A stretch of 62,921 bases of DNA, filler included, from Rhabdomonas costata (lineage: Eukaryota), in the NCBI GenBank assembly GCA_019059605.1. It is 28 parts of 28 records of this genome, joined end to end, with 100 filler letters (N's around TTAATTAATTAA, not from the genome) between each part and the next. Parts side by side here need not be neighbours in the genome. Positions count along the whole stretch, not along the records: positions 51,772 to 53,922 come from JAHMHO010005254.1; positions 54,023 to 56,173 come from JAHMHO010005255.1; positions 56,274 to 58,423 come from JAHMHO010005256.1; positions 58,524 to 60,672 come from JAHMHO010005257.1; positions 60,773 to 62,921 come from JAHMHO010005258.1; 23 more parts are not named here. One strand, written 5' to 3'. The translations under genes and the position numbers were made by a program. Shown here one piece after another: positions 53,435-62,921 of the stretch. The number at the start of each line of letters is the position of its first letter. Position 1 is the first letter of the stretch. The notes beneath the pieces are model-generated. The model made no database searches and was not told the origin of the DNA. It worked only from the letters and a program-made list of their open reading frames with translations.

Positions 53435-53922
53435 ATGTCTGAAACATCGAGCATGACCCTTTTTATTCTTTTCTGTCTTCTTATGCTGCATCCAACAAAA
53501 GCGACAACGCAAACCATAACACCAAGTTCCACACCGTCATACACTCCAACCACGACACCCTCAAGCACGCCCACACCATCCTCCACGCCCACATCAACTC
53601 CCACCCCAACGCTAAGCAGCACACCGAGCTCTACTACTTCGCCCACGTCTACACCCACAACCACGCCTACCGCAACCCTAACCCCGAGCTCGACCCCAAC
53701 CGCAACTCCCTCCAGCTCACCTTCACCCTCAAGCACGCCCACACCATCCTCCACACCCACACACACAGAAACACCATTCAGCCACCACTCACAGGCGGCG
53801 GAAAAAAGTTGGAACCCTGAGCTCCCCACAGAAGACTTTCCCGTCCAGAGTCCCTACCCACCACAACACTCTCCCGACTCCCTTGACCCCTCAACGCGTT
53901 TTCCTGACACGTCACACCAACC
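53435..53922 (+). CDS. Secreted Ser/Thr/Pro-rich mucin-like protein, 5' part
   Basis: Signal-peptide-like MTLFILFCLLMLHPTKA followed by about 85 aa of TPS/TPT repeats; the frame is open to the contig end. Confidence 0.7.
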
Positions 53923-55713
53923 NNNNNNNNNNNNNNNNNNNNNNNNNNNNNNNNNNNNNNNNNNNNTTAATTAATTAANNNNNNNNNNNNNNNNNNNNNN
54001 NNNNNNNNNNNNNNNNNNNNNNTGGTGTTACTTCGTGGGCTGGTCCGCCCAGTTTAATGAGCTTTGGCCCATAGCGGTTTTGCCGTGAGCTTTCTAGAAG
54101 CTTTAAAACTCGACGAAGGGTGTGTGATCGAGAATATTTCAGCCCTCGGAATTTTCGAATGATTTTCAATTTTGCTATTTTCCCTCTTTTGTTGCTAGCT
54201 CGTGGTGCGGCAGTTGGGAGGTGCTGCTTTGTACTTCTCTCCTGTGCGCCGTGCACCGTGCACCGTGCACTGTGCGGGCATCTGCGTAAAGGAAGAGGGC
54301 TTTTGGCGTGCTTTCCGTGGCTGTGTAAGGCCTCTCCCCTTCCATTGGTGCCCCTCGTGCGCGAGGCGTTGGTCCACCTTGGGTGACGCGTGCGGCATTC
54401 TGCGAGCGTCCTCTTCCCTGGGGCGAAACAGCTAAGCAATGGCGGCCATTGGGTACGCCAAGAGCTTGAAAGCGTATGTCCTTCGCTGTTTGAACTCCCT
54501 TTTTCTTCTGTTTTCGTAATTTTGGAGGAAAAGTTTCCACAAACAGACCTTCCTGCAAGGAATGCGGTTTCTTTGCATACCCAGACACTGTACACTGGCC
54601 CCGCAGTGGCTCTCCCATTTTCTGATCGGTTTTCATTTGGTTGGGTTGGATTTCGGCATTCAGTACATAGAGATTGTTGGGCATTGTCTCGCCAACATTA
54701 GTCCCACAGTCCAGTGCGTGGATGTATGGGAGGGGTGCCTTTTTAGCAATGAATTTCGTTGCTTACCCACATCCAGGTAAAGCGAAAAGCCTGCTCTTTT
54801 GCAACTCGCACGTAAACATTCACCCGAAAAAAACCGGGATCAGCTCCCCAGCTCCCCATCAGCCAATGTGCCATGCGCCCGACACACACACACCCGCGCG
54901 CGCGCGGGCGACAATGGCCCGGGACCCGTGGGGCAAAAGGGACGTTACCATATGTGGAACGTTCGGCGGTGAGCCGGTTCCCCACGGCACCGTTCGCTCC
55001 AACGGAACCTTTCGCGAGCACCCGTGGCCAACAGCATGTGTGCGCGTCAGTCCACAGTGGCCACCAACAATCATTCAGTCAACAACCAGCGCGCTATGCG
55101 CCCAAAGCACACACAAATGGTAAACACACGGGACATTCACCCGTGAAAGAAGCGCTCTTAAATGCCGCAAGATGGTTCCACCATTGTTGTTCGTCATGGT
55201 GGTTTCTCATGGAGTTGGAACGCGTGTTGATGACAGCCCAAATCCTGTTCTGTACTTATCTGGCGTCAGGTGATTGCTTCATTACCTCGTGTTAACGATG
55301 GTTCTGCTCTGCATTTGAAAAAGACCTCTTTCAAAGGCTTTTTTCCCGCATTGTTTTTTCCGTAAGCAAGGGTTTTCAACATGTTCACAGAGACAACGTC
55401 CCATACTTTCCAGGGATGTGCAAAGTATCTTTTTGCGTTGTTCATCCACCTTTGAACTTCCGAATCCAGCAATCCTGTAATGATGTTAGCTATCCCAAGG
55501 AGCGTAAAATTTTCCATTACCGAGCTGATAGGTGTCCCAGATTGATTACAATTTGGGATTCAAAAGATCTCTTTCAATCCGGTAGCACGAATTGAAACGC
55601 GGTAAAGATGTTGGCAATTTTTTTCTCTTGAAATGTAGTTGAGTATCTTTAAATAAATAAGGCGTTTAAGGTTCCCGGGTCACGTTTCTGCCCCAGCCGC
55701 CCGCTCCGCCCGA

Positions 55714-55958
55714 GGATTGACCTTGGCCCTAAACTAATGGGGTCCATCCCAGCCATTGGCTTGTCCTTTGCCAGGAGTTTATTTAAACGGCTGAGCAAAA
55801 GCACACATGTAGGGAGTACTAGCAACGTTTAACCAACCCCCTCACACTAAAATAAAAGTCTCCTCGGTGGCGCTGGCATGTTTTACCTCACCCTTTGCAA
55901 GTTTGTTTAGCAAAAGTTTTAAAGCAGTTTGCTGTTCTTTAGTGACCGTTACTCCCCT
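55714..55958 (+). repeat. Second, diverged copy of the 34865-35304 element
   Basis: Shared blocks in the same order: cct.. ccctaaactaatg..gtcc, atccca.ccattgg, gagcaaaagca..cat.tag...g.act.gcaacg and gctg.cat.ttttac. Confidence 0.65.
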
Positions 55959-56119
55959 AACTTCCATTGAGCGCTATGGGATACTTCGAATTCTGACTAC
56001 CCCCCAACCCGTCATTTCAAATGCTGCTGTATGTTTGGAGCGATCTTAGTTTTGCCCCTTTGTTTTCTTCTTCAGTGCTTCTGCTCTCCTTGCGCCCTGT
56101 GCCCCACTGCTTCGAAACA

Positions 56120-56169
56120 ATGAGCACTGCTCCCAGCAACCTGGACTTGGTCTTTCTGATGGACACCAC
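56120..56169 (+). CDS. N-terminus of a von Willebrand factor A domain protein
   Basis: MSTAPSNLDLVFLMDTT is the vWA beta-1 strand leading into the DxT/S MIDAS motif; truncated by the contig end. Confidence 0.65.
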
Positions 56170-56822
56170 CCCCNNNNNNNNNNNNNNNNNNNNNNNNNNN
56201 NNNNNNNNNNNNNNNNNTTAATTAATTAANNNNNNNNNNNNNNNNNNNNNNNNNNNNNNNNNNNNNNNNNNNNTGTGGTGTTTTCTCTGCCTCCAACGGG
56301 CTTTCAAATTCTCTCCCGCTGACTCGCCGCTTCTCGGAGGGTGCGGGTCACCCCTCTGCTGCTGAGCAGAGGATCTTGAGAAACTTCAACGCACGCACGT
56401 ACACACACACACACACAAACACACATATATACACAACCTCACTGCATAACCTGTATGACCGACACAAAATCCTGCATATCTCAAGCTACCTAGCCCCACT
56501 TCGAACTCCCACAGAAGACATCATTCCAACACGTTACAGTGTTGGGAATGAGCCGAGAAGGGCCACAAAAGCTGGACCAAAGTTCCGACACAAGCTGCTC
56601 GAAGCCCTGCAAGCACGAAGCCCTCCTAGCGGAAAAACTAAACTTGACCCCATTGACCTTCATCGGGAACAGCAAACAGAGAGACCGACCCTCAACCGAA
56701 TTCTCTTTTTACTGCAGTAGCCGATGGCGTTTGTGCTGACGTCAGCACCACTAGCAAAAGCAACCTCATTCAATAAATAAAGCTGCAGAAACACGCAGCC
56801 AGCAAGAGGGAAGGGGGCATAC

Positions 56823-57595
56823 GGAGCTGGCAGTGGATGTGGTAGGCGATGCCGTCCCGCGACGAGAACTGTGAAGTCAGGATGGGCAGGTTGCACAGGC
56901 CGCAGGTGAAGCAGTCCGGGTGCCACTTCTCGTTCAGCGCGGTGGTCACCGTGCCAGTAATGGGCTTCCCACACTTGAAACACACCTCTCCTGCAAACCA
57001 GGAGAAGCACGACCTCCGGCTCTGTCACTGTGCTATGGCGTGGCTGTGCACAAAGATCCCCGCAAAAAATGTGAACTGAAACTTTCAGGAGATGGCATGG
57101 TTCACTCACAGACAATTATAGCACTCCGAACATTCTTATACGTACCACAGACCCTTTCCAGCACCTAACAACAACAACTTCACAATTTCGCCGGCCTTGC
57201 CAGGCATGGCTTTTTCTGATAATTCCTGGTACACCCACAGAAAAAAATCCTTCCCAATCCAGTCCGATACAGTGGTGGTTGCTACAGAGTGGATACAAAA
57301 ACTTGAGGAAGCTTGAAAGCCATTATAACAGGTACAAGACTTTTCTCAGACTGAGAGCCGAAGTAGAGATGGGGTGGGTGTTGCCTCTTAGCATGGCCAG
57401 GCACTCGCCGTGGTAGGGCACGCCCTTCTCCGAGGCGTACTTGGCGTCGCGGATGGGCATCCCGCACCGCCCGCACAGGAAGCAGGTGTCGTGCCAGGGC
57501 ATCCCAAAGGCCCGCACGAAGGTCCCGCTGATGGGCTTGAGGCAGCGGCTGCACTGCAGGCAGCCCCCCGCGGAGGCGGAACTTGGGGAGCTCAT
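56823..57595 (-). CDS. LIM-domain protein (paxillin-like LIMs), first 2 exons
   Basis: Exon 57595-57385 (CSRCLKPI...WHDTCFLCGRC...YHGEC) and exon 56990-56823 (CFKCGKPI...WHPDCFTCGLC...YHIHC) each encode a complete LIM. The intron is phase-1 GC-AG. Confidence 0.93.
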
Positions 57596-58523
57596 CGTCT
57601 TCTGCTTTCTGCTTCTTTTTTTGGAGATGGGATTGGGCGAACCGGTTTGGGGGGCTCTTTTTTGGCCGGGCGGCAGCTAAGGAGAAGATCTGAAGAAATG
57701 GAAAACGTCATCAGGAGATGGAGCAAGCGGTTGTGAGGGTAGCAGGGTTGTGTGTGGTAGCGGGGTCTTGGGATTGGCTTCGTGGATGCCTCACAGCTGA
57801 TGGCTGATGTGAGATGAGTGTGTCCGTGAAAGTTGCGGTGAAGTCGGAGGGCAGTGAGCTCGAATTCACGCGCCTCGAAAGAGTTGAATGGAAAATATCG
57901 CCGAATAGCCGTGGTGTCATTCCGGCCTATCCATTTTTGAGAACCACGGAGAACACTTGGCGACCTGGTAGGCCGTGGCCATTGTCACAAACTTATGACG
58001 AGCATCTCCCACATAAACCCGCAAATCCAACTTTCTTGCCCGCACCAACCAATAACGCAAAGAAATAAGTGCTGACTTCAAGGTTCGCCAAGCAAAGTCT
58101 CCACCATGATAACAACACACGCCAAGCGCGAACGCCCACGTGTGCCTGTTGGACCCTTGCACCATGCCGAAATGCCGGCAGGGCTAGTGCGTGTTTCCTC
58201 GAGTTTCGTGTGGGAATCCCTGGTATTTTGCGCCGCTTGTTGCTCACGACAGGACTGCTTCCTCAGGCATTGCCCTCGCACCCATCCCCTCCCCTTTCAA
58301 CAGCAGCCATCTGACAAACCTTTCTCTCCGTTAGAATCGATCCGGTCGGCAAAAATCGATTAAGGACTGTTGACAGCTATCTTCAGGCCTGTGCACCGAA
58401 CTCACCACCAACCCGACAACCACNNNNNNNNNNNNNNNNNNNNNNNNNNNNNNNNNNNNNNNNNNNNTTAATTAATTAANNNNNNNNNNNNNNNNNNNNN
58501 NNNNNNNNNNNNNNNNNNNNNNN

Positions 58524-60672
58524 AAGGGTGAAGTGGGTTTTGTGGAGGTTGTAGACGTGGATGGTGTCGAGTGTCGATGCTGATGGTGTCACTTGAGGGT
58601 CTGTAAGAGTGCGGTTTTGTGAGTGGAGAGTCGGGGGTCGGGGGTCTTGCGTAGTGTGTAGCGCGAAGTGTTGAGGTTGAGGTTGGAGGTGAGAGTGAAT
58701 GTCACGGTGTCATCGTTGCGTTCAAATTATGGGTCAAGTGGAGTGTGCGGGTGTGGGTTCTGAGGTGTGTCTGCTTTACGTGGGAAGGTGGATTATGGGT
58801 GGTGAATCAGAGCTTATTGGTGGGTGATTTGCAATTCAGTCGTCATGGTGTGATGAGGGGTTGTGTGTCGGATAGTGTGGTGTGTGGAAGGTGGATGTGG
58901 AGTGTGGGTGGGTGTCTTGCGTCGGTCTTTGCATTTGTCTTCTGTTTTGGTGTCGTGTTTACGGAAGTCCCGAGACCTCAACGTTTTTACGCGTTGTGAA
59001 GACTTTTCCATTGACATTTTCATAGCTTGACACCAGCAAAATACCTAAAGTGATCACGCTATTCTTACCTAGTTGAAACACGACCGCGACGAGATGCAAC
59101 AATAAAGTTAGTAAGTAGAAGGGTATACCGCAATGATGCTTGTTTAAGTTGGACGAGACCATGGTAGCAGTATGGCGTACAGTACGCATTGAGGAGCCAT
59201 GACCGGTAAACCACACAAGAGGAAGCTAGAAGGTCAGGTCAAGGCTCAGTCCAACAACATCAGCCAAAAGTTTGTGCGTTCATGTGGTAGCCCTACACAA
59301 TAAAGTGGTAGTGGTACGCATAGCATGACAGCCAACCAGATGGTGATGTCACTGCGCGATGATGTTCGTGGTAGCAGTGATGTCAGCCAACACAGCAATG
59401 GTAATTGTACTGAGATACCCAGTGGTGTTGACGTCCTAGCTAGCAATAGTGGTAATGACGTTGCTGTAAGGATGCTATGGTGTCACGCCACGAGTGGTGT
59501 TGGTGTCAGAGTCACGAGTTTAGTGCAAGCTGCCATTGTGATTCTGGTACCAATGCTGCGTTGATACTGCTCCTACACCAGTGGCAAGATCCGAAGTGAA
59601 TATCTCCGAGACCCATGTGCCGTGTTGCTGAATGTGGAATCGGGGTAGAAATGCCACCTCATGGTGGTGGATGGGAAGATGCATGTCAGCTGCTAACCGT
59701 TATGGTAGTGTGGTGACACTACATGCATGATTCATCTTTTTAAGGTGAGATGCAAGGGTGCTGTCCTACTTCTACGCATTGATGTCAGAGCGAGTGATGT
59801 CACGATGCCTTCATACCTATTATTGCGCTAAGAGTTATGGTGACAGATGGAACATGCCTAATCCTACGCTTATTAATACCCTGCGCACAGATTAAGAGTT
59901 ATGTCGTATTCCTACCACTATGGAAGGGTGTAATGGACATGCGACGTTAAGATGATTGTTTTATTCCAGTCGGTCAGTTTCGCGTTTCTCCATCTCTCAC
60001 AACCATCTTCCATCCTTGCAGTCAAAGAATACAAGTAGGCGTCACACAATGCATCCAGCAGCCCATCAGAGTGGGATTGTGGTCATTCCAGTGGGTCAAG
60101 CGTCAGAGGTGACATACTACCATCGTCACTTTACGCGCGGCATTCCTCACTCGTTAGCCCAGAGTGTTTTTATGTCGGTAGAGTGACTCTCTGTCACGCT
60201 GTCACTCCTCAGCCCATAAACAGCAAGGAACCATCGTGGTCATCACCCTCATGGCATTTTCCTCTCGGTGGGGAGGGTATACAGGTAGGAGACTGGCCTC
60301 AAGCAGCCATGTTACCCAACAATATCAACGGTCGTGTCGCCCTCGGCGGGATTCACTTCGGATATTAGCCTCACGTTGGGTTAACATTGGTGCCTGGTGC
60401 GCACCTACTCTGCTGATTCAATGCTACCACCAACATCAGCCTCTACTGCTACGTGTGTGTTACCCTTAAAGGATACCATTGCAGCCATAGCGTACGGGAA
60501 GTGGGTATATCTAGCGCTGTGGTGCTGTGCCATGTGTTGTGGTGATGCATCCTCAAGTGTGCGTGTACGCTGTGATACTACCATCATCTCCACTACTACT
60601 GCACGTGGGTTCATCATCCTGGTTATACCGATGCCATTACGCATTGTTGTACGGTGTCGATGATCGCAATTT
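58524..60672 (-). pseudogene. Possible decayed Thr/Ser-rich surface-protein gene
   Basis: The minus strand is rich in Thr/Ser/Ile-type codons, with a T/S/P-like tract at 58524-58960, but all frames are broken and there is no clear exon-intron pattern. Confidence 0.25.
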
Positions 60673-62312
60673 NNNNNNNNNNNNNNNNNNNNNNNNNNNN
60701 NNNNNNNNNNNNNNNNTTAATTAATTAANNNNNNNNNNNNNNNNNNNNNNNNNNNNNNNNNNNNNNNNNNNNGTTCCGGGTATCTACCTAACTTCGAACT
60801 TTTTTGAAGCCAGCGTTTAGGGTGGCCATCTCGCTCTGTTCCCGGTCCGCAGGCGCTGGTGCGGAGCCCTTGCGGGTTGGGCCATTGAACGTGCGCAGCA
60901 AACACGTTGGGCACACGCAATGAGCGTGGTCCGTAAGATTTTGGATATATTTTCCTCTGCCCCTTTTGCTGGCTTTGTGGCTTCGGGCAAATTCCTGTCA
61001 AAACGCGGCAATGCTGCAACGCAGACGGTAACACCCAACCGGAAGAGCGAATTGCCATCCCCCAGGCCCAGGCCCCTAGAAAATTGCTACGTACTTTCCC
61101 CTGCACCGTATCTGTTGTCTTTTTTGTGCGTTTTCATCCTGCTTTTGGTTTCCACCGCTTTTTACCAGCGGACATTTTGGTCGCTGGACCCGACCGGGTT
61201 GTTTTGGAATTTGCTGGCGCCTTAGTCTTGATGGGAAACCACTCTAATTCCCATCCCCACAAATAGGCCAATAAAAAATTTTAAATATTCGCCGTTCTTT
61301 TCGCGCACGTTTGCTTTCCGTTAACGGGTGTTTCCCAACAATTCTGAGAATACCCATTTTCCGGTTCCCTCCGAACGCTTTTTTAATACCAAAATTATGC
61401 CTGATCGGCAAAAGGTTTGTAAAGTAAGTGCGTTTCAGTAAACCGGGCCTTTTGCCCAGTTTGGTAAACCGAGACCGCGCCGCATGACGGAACCCACAAC
61501 GGAACTTCGGAAGCAAGATCCTTGAATGCTCCCTTGCCGTGGCATTTCGCTTTCAACCGTTGTTGCGCTCCATGAATCCACCCAAAAACCCCCATTTCTT
61601 CATATTCTTTATAATTTGTGCGCGCGGATCTGATCCTAACCCTTATGGTACCCGTCAGGGTGCCATCACACCAATTGTGGCACCGCACGGCGTACAACAC
61701 CTCTGATACAATTCCGTGGGTGGACACCATGCTCCGCAGAGTGATCAATCATGACAAGGACCGCATCGACGTGGAATCCGGGATCAACACACAGCAAAAG
61801 AGCTTTATGGTGCTACTGTGCGCTCGCTGCGTGCTTTTGACGGTTGAATGGCACCACACGTATTTCAGATGGGTTTCAAAATTAAGAAGCTTTTTTCACT
61901 GGTTTCGATCCAGCGGTTTCACAATGCCACACGCGAAAATAAAAATGCACTTGCTGTGCAGACTCAAACCGAATCCGTAAAGGTTGTAAGAAAGCTGAGC
62001 TCTTGGTGAAAACCAAGGTAATCTGGGGCAGCGACTTTGAAAAAGCATAAGGCTGCGGAATATATAACCCAGTGGAACAAGCGGCAGACGCCAGTTTACA
62101 AGTCAGTAGTGTTGTTGCAATCCTGGCCGTGAAATGGGTGCCAGAATGGCAATACTGGAAGTTTAGGAACATGGGTCCCACTCAGAATCATGATATTCTG
62201 TTACGTACACCGATCCGCATGGAAATGTGCTGTGGTTTTGTGTTCCCACTACGCCTGGACTTCGCTTCATCCAGTAACAAAGACGGGCTACCAGCCTTGG
62301 CGTGGCCGCCGC

Positions 62313-62382
62313 GGTAGGATCTTGGAATCGAACCCGCGACCTAACGGCCATGATTCCTAAACAACCACTCAGACATAATACC
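62313..62382 (-). other. tRNA-like relic or SINE head (Pol III A and B boxes)
   Basis: Minus strand has tgtctgagtgg (A-box-like) and ggttcgattcc (B box) with ggta/tacc ends. The T and anticodon stems do not pair, so this is not a functional tRNA. Confidence 0.3.
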
Positions 62383-62921
62383 TGAAGTTTCACACGTTCC
62401 TCTCATTTTCCACCACAGTCACACATTTATATCTCTCATCCTATGTGTTCCGTAACCCACCTCGCTCTTTTATTTTCCAGCCCACCATGTCATCGGAGCT
62501 AGATCCTCAGCGTCGGCGCACCGAGGAAGCCACCACAAAGTGGGTCCTGGAGCTCTCTGAACAGGTCCGCCACCTAATCCAGCAGCTAGTGGAAGCTCTG
62601 AGCCTGTCTTCCTCGCATCCTCCTCCAGAGGTGGCCTGCCATAAGGATGCCACACCATCTGAAACTGTCCCTGCCACAGCCCCGCAGAGCTCCAGCTCGA
62701 AGAACAGCTTTGTCAACGTCGGCGGGCGTCAGCCCTACGTTACGAACGGCAGGCAGCACTACAACACGGCGCAGCCACCAACACCCCCCTGCAGCGCTTG
62801 CGGTGCCTGCCACTGGATCTGGCAGTGCCCAATCCAACTCGCCAGTTTTCCAACAGCTCCGATGCAACCTCATCAAAACTCCTCTGTGGGAGGGGCCCTG
62901 TCGTGCATCCCCACCACCCAC

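Overview
This window is not a continuous locus. It is 28 unrelated short contigs (each about 2,148-2,153 bp, apparently length-sorted) joined by an artificial 100-bp spacer (44 N + TTAATTAATTAA + 44 N). Many contigs start with G/T-only and end with A/C-only tracts resembling whole-genome-amplification primer residue. The DNA is nuclear DNA of an intron-rich, flagellated protist; IFT144, a cytosolic carboxypeptidase, PFO/PNO and EWMYEL-type class III cyclases suggest a euglenid or other euglenozoan (inference). Hand-spliced, phase-consistent gene fragments include a PARP catalytic domain, a complete TXNDC17/TRP14, PFO, a degenerate nucleotide cyclase, CCP/AGBL, an MFS (MCT-like) transporter, IFT144/WDR19, a RING finger, a FAMeT-domain surface protein, a hemerythrin-like protein, an R-S-E ADP-ribosyltransferase, a CAT/APC transporter, a mucin-like protein, a vWA start and a LIM protein. 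The most unusual observation is contig 14, a self-overlapping 2,024-bp unit whose four phase-1 exons form a stop-free loop of 200 aa per turn. Also notable are frequent GC-AG and very relaxed splice sites, two ADP-ribosyltransferase classes, a ligand-altered hemerythrin, a MITE-like family and a candidate structured RNA. Gene-neighbourhood arguments across spacers are invalid, and I found no prokaryote-style novel system.
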